Origin: Anaerolineae bacterium
GTDB lineage: Bacteria; Chloroflexota; Anaerolineae; B4-G1; DUEL01
NCBI GenBank assembly: GCA_041082215.1
Contig: JBDOIF010000041.1
Location: forward strand, 1 to 64,000
Length of the DNA: 64,000 nt
Direction: 5' to 3'
Below the pieces are notes generated by a model that saw only the letters and a program-made list of their open reading frames with translations, was not told the origin of the DNA and searched no databases. Within the stretch, counting starts at the first letter, position 1. Each line of letters opens with the position of its first letter. The translations under genes were made by a program, and so were the position numbers. This document shows positions 45,319 through 56,422 of the stretch, piece after piece.

Positions 45319-47847
45319 TCAACCCATCATCTCCTCCAGAAGCCGCTCCGTCTGCCGCTTCGTGCCCGATTCCTGCTCCCCCACCGGCCCCACACAACCA
45401 GGGCAGCCATCGGCGCAGGGACAGGTAGTCACCCGCTCCAGCGCCGCCAACAGCAGCTCCTCGAACAGCTCGTAGAGACGGGGGGAAAGCCCCGCCCCAC
45501 CCGGCACCTGGTCGTAGAACAGCAGCCGGGGCAGGCCGGTCTCCGGAGCGCGTACCTGGACCACCGACCCCAGGTCTCCCGGCGCGCAGAGAATGCGCAG
45601 CGGCGCCAGGTGGCGTAACAGATAGGCCAGGCCAGAAAGCCCACTCCGCGCTCCCCGCGCCCGCTCCACCCGCCGATGACAGGCCGAACAGAGAGTGATC
45701 AGGTTATCCAGCTGATTGGCCAGCCGGTAGAGGTCGTTGGCGCCGGGTATGTAGCCGAAGGCGTGGAAGGGAACGATGTGGTGGACATCGTGCTGGCGGC
45801 CCTCCCGTTCCGGCGCACCGCAGTGACGGCAACGGTAGCCGTCGCGGGCGCGGGCCGCGTCGCGCTGAGCGGGCCAGTTGGGACCGTAGTCCACCGGCGG
45901 GCGGAGCACTCCCTCCTCCTGCATCCGCTCCACCAGCCCCTCCGCCAGGTCCAGCCAGACCCCCACCGTCCCCATCCGCTGCTCTGGCAGGTCCACCTCC
46001 CCCCATCCCAGCACCTCGTGGGTCCAGCGGCGGATCTGCCGATAGCCGGTCACCCGGCTGACGACCTCCACCTCTCCCAGCCCGGCTCGCCACCCCGCAC
46101 TCCCCTCCCGCTCTTCCAGGACCTCCAGCACCTGCACTTCAGTGGTGGCGCTGGCGCGGGTGTAGAAATCCACCGCCTCCGCCCGCACCCGGGCCAGCCC
46201 CTGCTCCCAATCCAGCTCCTCCACCAGATAGGTATCTCCCTCGTGCAGGTAGACCGCGCCAGGGTAGACCAGAAGCGGCGCGCTGGGTCGGTCCATCTGG
46301 CCGATCATCTCTGGCGGGTCTGTCCCCACGTCCTGTATGAGCACCACATCCGGCGTGGAGGTGCGGAGTCCCACCGCGCCCGCCGGATACTCATCGGCGA
46401 TCCAGGTGTAGCGGCCGTTGGAGCGATGGACCATCCCCTCCCCGGCCAGAAGGTCGAGCAGCGGCTGCACGTCGGTGAAGGTGCCGAACGGCTCCTCCGC
46501 CCCGAAGGGGAGCTCGAAGGCAGCGCAGGCCAGGTGGTCGGCCAGGATCGCCAGGTTGTCCGGGTCCAGCAGCGCCTCCTCCACCGGCCGGCCGAAGAGG
46601 TAGCGGGGATGGGCCGCCAGATACTGGTCGAGGGGGGAGGGGCTGGCGATGAGGACGGCCAGGGAGCCTCCGGCCCGTCGCCCGGCCCGCCCCGCCTGCT
46701 GCCAGGTGCTGGCGACGGAGCCGGGGTAGCCCACCATGATGCAGGCGGTCAGATCGCCGATATCCACCCCCAGCTCCAGCGCGTTGGTCGCCACCACCGC
46801 CCGCACCGTCCCCTCCCGCAGTCCCTGCTCGATCTCCCGCCGCAGAGCGGGCAGGTACCCGCCCCGGTAGCCCCGCACCCGCTCCGGGTCGCCCCCACGG
46901 GCAGCGACCAGCTCCCGCAGGTAGCCCAGGAGGACCTCGGTGGTCAGCCGGGCGCGGGCGAAAAGGATCGTTTGCAGGTCCGCCTCCAGGAGATGCTGCG
47001 CCACATCCAGCGCCGCCAGCACCGCCGACCGGCGGAGGCCAAGCCGGGAGTCCAGTAGAGGAGGGTTGTAGATCAGGAAGTGCTTCTCCCCCCTTGGGGA
47101 GCCGTCCTCCTCCACGGGATAGACCTCCGCCTCCAGCAATCGTTCGGCCAGCCCCCGCGGATTGGCGATGGTGGCAGAGGCGCAGAGGAAGCGGGGTTCG
47201 GCCCCGTAGAAGCGGCAGACCCGCCGCAGCCGCCGGAGAAGGTTGGCGACGTGGCTGCCGAAAACGCCGTGGTAAACGTGAAGCTCGTCCAGCACCACCC
47301 AGCGAAGGTTGGAGAAGAAACGAGCCCATCGGGTGTGATGGGGGAGAATCCCCGCGTGGAGCATGTCCGGGTTGGTCACCAGCAACCGGGCCTCCCGGCG
47401 GACGGCGGAGCGGTGGGCGTGGGAGGTATCCCCGTCGTAGGGCCGGACGGCGATGGGGGCCTGCAGCGAGCCGACCAGGGGCGTGAGGGCAGCCAACTGG
47501 TCGTGGGCCAGGGCCTTGGTGGGGAAGAGGTAGAGCGCACAGGCTGTCGGGTCGTTCAGGAGGGTGTGGAGGACGGGGAGGTTATAGGCCAGGGACTTGC
47601 CGGAGGCAGCCGCTGTCGCCAGGACGACGTTGCGGCCCTCCAGGGCAACGGAGATCGCCTCCGCCTGATGGGTGTAGGGGGCCTCAATTCCCAGGGAGCG
47701 GGCCGCCTCGACCAGACGTGGGTCGAGGGCGGCAGGCCAGGAAGCGATGCGGGCCGGACGGGCGGGGATCCGTTCCCAGGCAGCCACACAGCGCATGAAA
47801 TCCGGGTCGTTCCGGAGGCGAGCCAGCAAGTGGGTAAGTCGGTCCAT
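45319..47847 (-). CDS. SF2 DEAD/DEAH-box helicase, YprA/MrfA/Hrq1 family with DUF1998, containing an inserted HNH domain
   Basis: Start 47847 (MDRLTH); PYTHQ, ASGKS, PTKALAHDQ, DELH, SAT, ATNALELGVDIG, QQAGRAGRR; C-terminal CPCADGCPGC; HNH insert at about 45660-45895. Confidence 0.9.
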   Translation of the reverse strand: MDRLTHLLARLRNDPDFMRCVAAWERIPARPARIASWPAALDPRLVEAARSLGIEAPYTHQAEAISVALEGRNVVLATAAASGKSLAYNLPVLHTLLNDPTACALYLFPTKALAHDQLAALTPLVGSLQAPIAVRPYDGDTSHAHRSAVRREARLLVTNPDMLHAGILPHHTRWARFFSNLRWVVLDELHVYHGVFGSHVANLLRRLRRVCRFYGAEPRFLCASATIANPRGLAERLLEAEVYPVEEDGSPRGEKHFLIYNPPLLDSRLGLRRSAVLAALDVAQHLLEADLQTILFARARLTTEVLLGYLRELVAARGGDPERVRGYRGGYLPALRREIEQGLREGTVRAVVATNALELGVDIGDLTACIMVGYPGSVASTWQQAGRAGRRAGGSLAVLIASPSPLDQYLAAHPRYLFGRPVEEALLDPDNLAILADHLACAAFELPFGAEEPFGTFTDVQPLLDLLAGEGMVHRSNGRYTWIADEYPAGAVGLRTSTPDVVLIQDVGTDPPEMIGQMDRPSAPLLVYPGAVYLHEGDTYLVEELDWEQGLARVRAEAVDFYTRASATTEVQVLEVLEEREGSAGWRAGLGEVEVVSRVTGYRQIRRWTHEVLGWGEVDLPEQRMGTVGVWLDLAEGLVERMQEEGVLRPPVDYGPNWPAQRDAARARDGYRCRHCGAPEREGRQHDVHHIVPFHAFGYIPGANDLYRLANQLDNLITLCSACHRRVERARGARSGLSGLAYLLRHLAPLRILCAPGDLGSVVQVRAPETGLPRLLFYDQVPGGAGLSPRLYELFEELLLAALERVTTCPCADGCPGCVGPVGEQESGTKRQTERLLEEMMG

Positions 47848-47852
47848 AGACC

Positions 47853-47915
47853 CGGAGACACGGGGACACGGGGACGCGGGAGTGGAGAACAATCCCCGCG
47901 TCGCCGCGTCGCCGT
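47853..47915. repeat. Octamer repeats forming an inverted pair
   Basis: ggagacac ggggacac ggggacgc gg ... ccgcgtcg ccgcgtcg ccgtg. Confidence 0.7.
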
Positions 47916-47930
47916 GCTGTCCTCTCCTCC

Positions 47931-48578
47931 TTACTCCCTCCGCCCTCGCTGGAACCGGTCGGTGAGGGAGCGGGGCTCCCCTCTCCCTGACGGATGGAGC
48001 GAGGTCCCACAGCGGCTGCAGAAGCGGGCTTCCCGATCCAGCAGAAGGCCGCAGCGGGGGCAGGAGACCGGCTGGACATCCCCCAGAGGTGCGCCGCAGG
48101 CGGAGCACTTGGGTGCGCCGATGGGGTTGGCCACCCCACAGTAGGGGCAGGTGACCATTGTCTCCTCGGCCCGCAAGCCGAGGGTGGCCCCGACGCTCTC
48201 GCAGTAGTGCTCCACCGCTTCCCACACCTGCTGAGGGAGCGTAAGCCCGGCGATGCTGCGGGCCACGTCGTCTATGCGGGTGATGAGGGAAATGGGGTTG
48301 ACCAGGGCCATCAGCCCTGTCTGGGCCAGGTCGGCCACCGCCCCCAGCCACCGCTGCTGGCCCAGGGAGACCTCCACCCCGCCCTCGATGCGGGCGATGC
48401 CGACAGTGAGGGCGGTCTGCGGGCCACCCCAACCCCAATCCCGGGAGGCGATCTGGACCAGGACGTGGTCCCCCCGTCCCACCCGCTGGGCCATCAGGTC
48501 GCCTCCATTGAATTGGGCTACCAGCGCGTCGGCGAGGGCCTCAGGTTTGATCTCACCACGGTAGGTTCGTTGTTCCAT
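47931..48578 (-). CDS. Double zinc-ribbon domain protein
   Basis: C-terminal CPYCG...CSACG...CPRCG...CSRCG. Confidence 0.78.
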   Translation of the reverse strand: MEQRTYRGEIKPEALADALVAQFNGGDLMAQRVGRGDHVLVQIASRDWGWGGPQTALTVGIARIEGGVEVSLGQQRWLGAVADLAQTGLMALVNPISLITRIDDVARSIAGLTLPQQVWEAVEHYCESVGATLGLRAEETMVTCPYCGVANPIGAPKCSACGAPLGDVQPVSCPRCGLLLDREARFCSRCGTSLHPSGRGEPRSLTDRFQRGRRE

Positions 48579-48848
48579 AGCGAATCCCCCCAAATCGTCA
48601 GGGCAGGTTGGCCACCCAACCTGGGATAGCTAGCAGGGTTGTTTCCCTATTGACTACACGAAGCGTAATCGGTCACACACCACAATCCTATCCTACCTCC
48701 CCACCGCCACATCTACCTGACAGCCGCCCGACGTCCACCTCCCAGCGAAGCCCGGCTCAACCGGTTGTTGAGGTTCGGACGTGAGTTCGGACACAGGCGC
48801 TCAGTTGAAGTTGACTTCTCCGCCTCCCTGTGCTATCCTATCCCCGCT

Positions 48849-49430
48849 ATGGAAATACTGCGCACATTTGTCGCCATACCGTTGCCCCAGCCGTTGCTGG
48901 CAGAGCTGGGCCGGTTGCAGCGGGAGCTTGAGCGGGCCATACCGCCCCGGAGCGTCCGCTGGGTGCAGCCAGACTCCATCCACCTCACCCTCAAGTTCCT
49001 GGGCGACACCCCAACCGGGAAGCTGCCTCAAATCCAGGCGGCGCTGGCTACCGTAGCCCGGAACGCGCCCCCCTGCGCCTTTACCGTCGGAGGGCTCAGC
49101 TGCTTCCCCAACCTCCGCCGCCCCCGGGTGATCTGGGTGGGGGTCCAGGAACCCACCGGCCGCCTGGCCGCCCTTCAGGACGCCGTCGAGGAGGCCATGG
49201 CCCCCTTCGGCTACCCGCCGGAGGGGAGAGGCTTCACCCCCCACCTGACCCTGGGCCGGGTTCAGAAGCGGGCCTCTTCGGGCGAAGCCGCCCGCATTGG
49301 GGAGGCGGTCGCCGCCGCTCCGGTGAGCACCCTGGGCCAGGTCTCCGCCGACCACTTCGCCCTTATCCGCAGCGTCCTCCAGCCCACCGGGGCCGAATAC
49401 ACCACCCTGGCAGAATTCCGGCTGGGATAA
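48849..49430 (+). CDS. thpR: RNA 2',3'-cyclic phosphodiesterase (2H family)
   Basis: RTFVAI, HLTLKFLG, FTPHLTLGR; promoter TTGACT-17-TATCCT immediately upstream. Confidence 0.92.
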   Translation: MEILRTFVAIPLPQPLLAELGRLQRELERAIPPRSVRWVQPDSIHLTLKFLGDTPTGKLPQIQAALATVARNAPPCAFTVGGLSCFPNLRRPRVIWVGVQEPTGRLAALQDAVEEAMAPFGYPPEGRGFTPHLTLGRVQKRASSGEAARIGEAVAAAPVSTLGQVSADHFALIRSVLQPTGAEYTTLAEFRLG

Positions 49431-49433
49431 GCC

Positions 49434-51569
49434 TTACATCCCTCCTTCATGCACGTCTGTGGCGTGGGTGACGGGCGCTTCCTCCGCCGGCCCCTCCCCC
49501 ACAACGACGCCGGCGAAGGCCCCCAGCGGCACCTCCACAAAGAGCGGTCGCTGCACGTTCTCGGTGACCTCCCTCAGCGGCACCCCCTCTTCCTGAAACA
49601 GCCGCTTGATCAGATTGGAGCAGGTCTTGCCGCCGCAGGCCCCCATCCCGGCCCGCGTCACCGCCTTGATGTGGTTCATATCCCGCACGCCCGAACGGAT
49701 CAGCGCCCGAATCTCCCCTACGGTCACCCGCTCGCACCGGCAGACGATCTCCTCCTCCTCCATCCGGGGCACATACCGGGCCATCGGCTCCGTGACCGTC
49801 GTCTCCTGCACCCGGATTCCGGCGATCTGCCGGGCAATTTCCCGCGGCGCCCGCACCCGCACCAGAAGCGTCCCCGGCGCAAACCGGGGAGCTCGCACCT
49901 TCACCACCTCCACGTTGCCCAGGACCGTCCCCTCGGTGTCCAGAACTGTCACGACATCCCCTTCGCGGATCGTCCCGGGCGGGAACTCGTAGGCCAGCGT
50001 CACCGTTGGATGCTCTGCGTCCTTCCGGAAGTCCACCAGCGTGATCGCCAGCCCCGGGCAGATGGCGACGCACCGCTCGCAGCCGATGCATCCCTCCCCC
50101 TTATACTCCGGCAGGCTCCGGATGTCCTCACCCTCCATCACAATGCACCCCTCGGGGCAGACAGAGACGCAGGGGTTGCAGGGGATCTCCTGGGCACAGT
50201 GGAGCACCGGAAAGACCCCCTCTTCCACCTCCGGGATGTCCTCGGTAACGACCGCGCCGGGCCTGGACTTGAGGATCTCGGCGGTCCGATGCCACTCCGG
50301 CGGCACTTCCCCCACATCCCGCCCCAGCGCGCGGGCGATCTCCAGTCCCCGGATGCGTCCGGTGAACATCGCCGCCGACGCCTCGGCGATTTCCTCCGCG
50401 TCCCCTGCCGCGTAGACCGGCAGGCCGAACTCCCTCGCCTTGTTGTAAAACTCGTCCACCGGGTCCAGCCCCACCGCCACCAGCACCGTATCGCAGGCGA
50501 AGGTCTTTTCCGTGCCGGGGATCGGCCGCCAGCTCTCGTCTATCCGGGCGATGGTGACCGATTCCACCTCCCTCTCCCCGTTGGCGCTGAGGATGGTGTG
50601 GGAGGTGTAGATGGGGACCCCCATCCGCACCAGCTTATCCTTATGGACCTTGTAACCGCCGCACTCGGGAAGGGCCTCACAGAGACCGACGACCTGGATG
50701 CCAGCCTGGAGGGCGTGGTAGCCAGCGATCAGCCCCACGTTTCCCCCACCGACGATGAACAGCCGCTCCGTCGGCCGCACCAGGTCGCGGTTCACCAGCG
50801 TCTGGAAAGCGCCTGCGCCGTAGACCCCCGGCAGGGTATTCCCCTTGAAGACCAGCGACTTCTCCCGCGCGCCAGCCGCCACCAGCAGCACGTGGGGATG
50901 GACGACAATGTACCGGCCCTCCCGCAGCACCCCTACCTTCCGGTCGCTGTAGACCGCCAGGGCGGTGGTGTTGAGCCAGACCTGGACGGAGGCGAACTGG
51001 CGGACCTCCTGCTCCAGCCTGGCAGCGATTTCGATCCCCCGTGTGCCGGCGTAGCAGGCGTCCACCGAACCAAAGAACTTATGGGTCTGAAGGACCAGCT
51101 TGCCCCCCAGCCGGTGTTTGTCGTCCACGATGAGCGTGCGTACTCCCGCTTTGCCCAGCTCGATGGCCGCTGCCAGCCCTGCGGGGCCGCCGCCGATGAT
51201 CAGGCACTCCACCTCCACCGTCGGGATGGGCCGCATTTCCGGCGCAGAGTGGACGTTTGGAAGGACTGGCCTTCCCTCCACCGGCTCCACCCGCATCCCC
51301 GGCCTCACCAGCGTCATACAGGCCTTCACCGGCAGACCATCGGCCATCACCATACACTGGGCGCACTGGCCGTTGGCGCAGAAGATCCCCTGAGGCGCTC
51401 CGTCCTTCGGATGGTGGCCGAAGATGCGGACCCCGTTGGCGAAAAGGGCCGAGGCGATCGTCTCTCCCTCCCGGGCCTGCATCGCCTGTCCCTGCCAGAT
51501 GAACTCGAACTCCGGCCGCTCCTCTATGGGCAGAATCGGATGCTCTCTTACACGAAAACCGGTCGCCAT
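49434..51569 (-). CDS. Multi-domain FAD/Fe-S oxidoreductase (2Fe-2S + pyridine nucleotide-disulfide + 4Fe-4S + BFD-like), sarcosine oxidase alpha / proline dehydrogenase alpha-like
   Basis: CANGQCAQC...KAC; GGGPAG; GGGNVG; CNPC..CP, CIGCERCVAICP; CRCE...TRAGMGACGGKTC. Confidence 0.85.
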   Translation of the reverse strand: MATGFRVREHPILPIEERPEFEFIWQGQAMQAREGETIASALFANGVRIFGHHPKDGAPQGIFCANGQCAQCMVMADGLPVKACMTLVRPGMRVEPVEGRPVLPNVHSAPEMRPIPTVEVECLIIGGGPAGLAAAIELGKAGVRTLIVDDKHRLGGKLVLQTHKFFGSVDACYAGTRGIEIAARLEQEVRQFASVQVWLNTTALAVYSDRKVGVLREGRYIVVHPHVLLVAAGAREKSLVFKGNTLPGVYGAGAFQTLVNRDLVRPTERLFIVGGGNVGLIAGYHALQAGIQVVGLCEALPECGGYKVHKDKLVRMGVPIYTSHTILSANGEREVESVTIARIDESWRPIPGTEKTFACDTVLVAVGLDPVDEFYNKAREFGLPVYAAGDAEEIAEASAAMFTGRIRGLEIARALGRDVGEVPPEWHRTAEILKSRPGAVVTEDIPEVEEGVFPVLHCAQEIPCNPCVSVCPEGCIVMEGEDIRSLPEYKGEGCIGCERCVAICPGLAITLVDFRKDAEHPTVTLAYEFPPGTIREGDVVTVLDTEGTVLGNVEVVKVRAPRFAPGTLLVRVRAPREIARQIAGIRVQETTVTEPMARYVPRMEEEEIVCRCERVTVGEIRALIRSGVRDMNHIKAVTRAGMGACGGKTCSNLIKRLFQEEGVPLREVTENVQRPLFVEVPLGAFAGVVVGEGPAEEAPVTHATDVHEGGM

Positions 51570-51652
51570 GCTCCCCTCCGATTGTTTGCAGGAAACCCCA
51601 CTGATGGTATAATATCGCCCACGTTTACCCCAACGATAAGGAGGGACGCCCA

Positions 51653-52144
51653 ATGGAGGGCATCCTGGATCTGATCTCGAAGCTGCTCTTCTGGTTTGCC
51701 CTGGCAGCAGGGGTCATCTTCACCGCCCTGCACGGCGGAGCCATCGTCTGGACATTCCGCGACATGCGGGCCCGGTCGCGGGACGTGCTGGCGCTCATCG
51801 TGGCTGTATTGATGGTCGCCCTCATCCCCCTCTTCGGCCTCATCGTCTACCTGATGTTGCGGCCCCGGGAGACACTGGCCGAAGCTTACGAACGCTCTCT
51901 GGAACAGGAGGCGCTCCTCCAGGCCATTGAGGAGCCGGAGACCTGCCCTGGATGTGGCGCGCGGGTGAAATCGGATTATATCCTCTGTCCCAACTGCCAC
52001 ACCCGGCTGAAGCAGTCCTGCCCCTCCTGCGGGCGGGCGCTTCACCTCCGCTGGTCCGTCTGCCCCTACTGTGGCACTGGCGTCAGGCCACAGGTGGTCG
52101 AGCCGGTGCCGGACCTCACCCCAGAAGAGGGTGCACACGGCTGA
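51653..52144 (+). CDS. Membrane protein with C-terminal double zinc ribbon
   Basis: Two TM segments, YLMLRPRETL, CPGCG...CPNC...CPSCG...CPYCG; upstream TGGTATAAT. Confidence 0.8.
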   Translation: MEGILDLISKLLFWFALAAGVIFTALHGGAIVWTFRDMRARSRDVLALIVAVLMVALIPLFGLIVYLMLRPRETLAEAYERSLEQEALLQAIEEPETCPGCGARVKSDYILCPNCHTRLKQSCPSCGRALHLRWSVCPYCGTGVRPQVVEPVPDLTPEEGAHG

Positions 52145-52151
52145 CGGCTAT

Positions 52152-52246
52152 CCCCTCACCCCTCCCCCTACCCCCTCCCCATCTCCCGCGCAGCGGGAGA
52201 GGGGAGGGAATGCCCGCCACAGGCGGACGAGGGTGGGGTGAGGGCC
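52152..52246. repeat. CCCTCACCCC...GGGGTGAGGG palindromic intergenic repeat
   Basis: Nested inverted repeats between convergent genes; its right arm GGGTGGGGTGAGGGCCA recurs at about 2291-2307; a related C-rich/G-rich hairpin lies at 24846-24895. Confidence 0.6.
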
Positions 52247-52249
52247 ACC

Positions 52250-53677
52250 CTACTCAACCTCTCCCTCCTCTCCCACCACGTGCACCTTGAGCATGTTGGT
52301 GCGACCCTCACCACCGAAGGGGATCCCTGCCGTGAGGACCACCCGGTCCCCCTTTCGGACGAATCCCTCCCGGTAGGCCGCCCGCACCATCAGTTCTACC
52401 ATCTCATCGGTCGTGGCGAAACGGGGGACCTGGACCGGCGTCACGCCCCACACCAGCGTCAGCTTCATCAGCGTGCGTGGGTTGGGGGTCACGGCGACGA
52501 TGGGCACCCCCGGTCGGTGGCGGGCCACCATTCGGGCCGTCGTGCCGGACATGGTGGCGGTGAGGATGGCTGTGGCTTTCACCTCGGCGGCGATCTCCAC
52601 CGTCGCCCGGCTGATGGCCTCGGTGACGGTGGAGACCGGCGGCGCCCCGGCCTCCTGCAGGAACTGCCCCGGAGCCAGGTGGGCCTCGGCGCTGGCGCAG
52701 ATACAGGCCATCATCCGGGCCGCCTCCACCGGATACTTCCCCACCGCCGTTTCGCCGGAGAGCATCACCGCATCGGTCCCGTCCAGCACCGCGTTGACCA
52801 CGTCGGATGCCTCGGCCCGGGTGGGGGTGGGCTGTTCGATCATAGATTGGAGCATCTGCGTGGCGGTGATCACCGGCTTCCCAACCCGGTTGCAGAGCCG
52901 GATGATCCGTTTCTGGTGGAAGGGGACTTCCTCCGGCGCGGTTTCCACCCCCAGATCGCCCCGCGCCACCATCACTCCGTCCGCCGCCTCCAGTATCCCG
53001 TCGAACGCCTCCAGCGCCTCCGGCTTCTCGATCTTGGCGACGATGGGCAGGTCGGCCCCCCAGCTCCTCAGCAGCTCCCGCAGCTCTGTCACGTCGGCGG
53101 CTGTGCGGACGAAGGAGAGGGCAACGAAATCCGCCCCCTGCTCGACGGCGAACCGCACATCCTCCCGGTCCTTCGGGGTGAGGGCGGAGATAGGCAGCGG
53201 GACGCCTGGCAGGTTCACCCCTTTATGAGAGGAGAGCTGTCCGCCGACGACCACCCGGCAGCGGACCGCATCCCCCTGCCGCTCCTCCACCGCCAGTTCC
53301 AGGCTGCCGTCGTCGAGGAGCACCCGCTGACCGGGCCGCAGCGCTTCCAGCACCTCGGGATGGGGCACCGGCAGCCGTCCAGGGGCATAGGAGGTGGTAG
53401 TCAGCGCGACCTGTTCCCCCTCGACCAGCCTCACCCCTTCCGGGGGAAGCGCCCCCACCCGGAGCTTCGGCCCCTGCAGGTCAGCCATCACCGCCACCAG
53501 CCGCCTCTCTTCCTCCGCCACCCGGCGGACTGTGGCGATAGAACGGGCATGGGTTGCAGCGTCGCCGTGGGAAAAGTTGATACGCGCCACACCCATCCCT
53601 GCCCGGATCAGCCCCCGAACCACCTCCGGGTCCTCCGAAGCCGGGCCAATGGTGCAGATCATCTTGGTCCGAGGCAT
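52250..53677 (-). CDS. pyk: Pyruvate kinase
   Basis: TKMICTIGPAS, RINFSHG, DLQGPKLR, MVARGDLGVE, TATQML, PTRAE, MLSGETA. Confidence 0.97.
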   Translation of the reverse strand: MPRTKMICTIGPASEDPEVVRGLIRAGMGVARINFSHGDAATHARSIATVRRVAEEERRLVAVMADLQGPKLRVGALPPEGVRLVEGEQVALTTTSYAPGRLPVPHPEVLEALRPGQRVLLDDGSLELAVEERQGDAVRCRVVVGGQLSSHKGVNLPGVPLPISALTPKDREDVRFAVEQGADFVALSFVRTAADVTELRELLRSWGADLPIVAKIEKPEALEAFDGILEAADGVMVARGDLGVETAPEEVPFHQKRIIRLCNRVGKPVITATQMLQSMIEQPTPTRAEASDVVNAVLDGTDAVMLSGETAVGKYPVEAARMMACICASAEAHLAPGQFLQEAGAPPVSTVTEAISRATVEIAAEVKATAILTATMSGTTARMVARHRPGVPIVAVTPNPRTLMKLTLVWGVTPVQVPRFATTDEMVELMVRAAYREGFVRKGDRVVLTAGIPFGGEGRTNMLKVHVVGEEGEVE

Positions 53678-53690
53678 GGACCTGCTCCCG

Positions 53691-54986
53691 CTACGGCTCC
53701 TTTTCCAGGCTCAGCTCGTAGCTCCCCGTCTCTCCTCCATACGCCCGGGCAACGATGCGGTAGACGCCGGACTGGGGCAGCTCGTACTCTCCGATCAGGG
53801 CGGAGTAATTTCCCCCGCTATCGTCGTCGAACGCCAGAAGAGTGCCATCCGGGCCGTAGAGTTCCAGATAGGTATCGGTCAGCCCTTCCAGGCCCACCAT
53901 AGAGATCGTCACCTTATCCCCGGCGCTCCCTTCGAAGGTCCAGACCTCCCGCTCCCCCTCCACCAGAAGGCCCTGCACCTTTTCCCCGTAGTTGACGCTA
54001 CCGCCCTCCGGCGGCTCTACCCCGACGAGGGAGAGCTGATACTCCCCATTCCCGGAGTAGGCTGAAACGCGGAACTCATACGTGCCAGCTACGGGAAGGT
54101 AGAGGCTGGAAAGCCGGGGGTTGTATTCTCCGCCGCTGTCGTCGTCGAAGGCCATCGAGTCGCCGGCGCCATTGAACACCTCAAGGACGGGGTCCCACTC
54201 CCCCACGGCGATCACGTCTATAGAGACATATTCATCGCCGGGCGAGCGGTAGCTCCAGGCATCGGTGGCGCCGGGGGCAAGGGTGGCCGTGACGACCTCC
54301 CCCAGCTCCAGTTCACCCTGCTGCACAGCCTCCAGGGGGGTGTAGAATTCCATACTGCGCAGCATCTGGTCGAAAAGAGGCCAGACCTCATCCCATCTCT
54401 CTTCAGGCGAGGCGGCAAGCACTATCGCACCGACCTGGTCGTCCATATAGGCGGCCAGGTATCCTTGCAGCGGCTGCCCACCCTCGCTCCAGTGGAGGGA
54501 GACCCCCAACCCTTCCTGGGAGGCAAAGGAGCGAGGTTCCACCTCCCCGCTCTCCTGGCCCTCTGCCGTCGCGAATCCCTCCAGCACGAAATCCAGCAGC
54601 CCCTCAGCCCCGGCCTCTTCTCCCCCCGGGCCCACCTTGTCCGGCGGCCCCGAGAGGATCAGCATCACCGCGCCAGCGGAGAAGGCGGAGCTATCCAGCA
54701 CCTCCTGAGATTCGGCCAGAATGATCCCATCGGACGAGATGTCCGTCACCCAGTCGGACGGGTAGAGAAAGCTGATGCCGCCGAAGGGGTGTTCGAGGGG
54801 GATCATCCCTCCCTGAAGAGGGGGCAACGGAGGCGGTGGAGGTAGGGGAACCTGCGTAGGGGTAGGAGTGGGAGGTGAAAGTGTAGGTGTTCCCCCTCCT
54901 GACGTCGGCAATCTACAGCTCAACCCGCTTGCCAGCAGCAACACCAGCGCCAACCAGGCCGTCCAACGGACTCCAGATTTTATCAT
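53691..54986 (-). CDS. Lipoprotein with two C-terminal PPC (pre-peptidase C-terminal) domains
   Basis: Lipobox GLSC, Pro-rich linker, two DPVLE/DTYLELY...FDDDSGG repeats. Confidence 0.72.
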   Translation of the reverse strand: MIKSGVRWTAWLALVLLLASGLSCRLPTSGGGTPTLSPPTPTPTQVPLPPPPPLPPLQGGMIPLEHPFGGISFLYPSDWVTDISSDGIILAESQEVLDSSAFSAGAVMLILSGPPDKVGPGGEEAGAEGLLDFVLEGFATAEGQESGEVEPRSFASQEGLGVSLHWSEGGQPLQGYLAAYMDDQVGAIVLAASPEERWDEVWPLFDQMLRSMEFYTPLEAVQQGELELGEVVTATLAPGATDAWSYRSPGDEYVSIDVIAVGEWDPVLEVFNGAGDSMAFDDDSGGEYNPRLSSLYLPVAGTYEFRVSAYSGNGEYQLSLVGVEPPEGGSVNYGEKVQGLLVEGEREVWTFEGSAGDKVTISMVGLEGLTDTYLELYGPDGTLLAFDDDSGGNYSALIGEYELPQSGVYRIVARAYGGETGSYELSLEKEP

Positions 54987-55055
54987 TTTCTTATTCTCCT
55001 TTTTTGCAGCCACTGGACACCCCGGTCGGCGCCCAGAAATCCCATCGCAGGGGCA

Positions 55056-56411
<1,356 letters not shown>

Positions 56412-56422
56412 CTATCTCCTTT

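Noticed and set aside
48665..48810. Possible ncRNA in the intergenic region upstream of thpR
   Set aside because: Only weak hairpins and no recognisable family motif.
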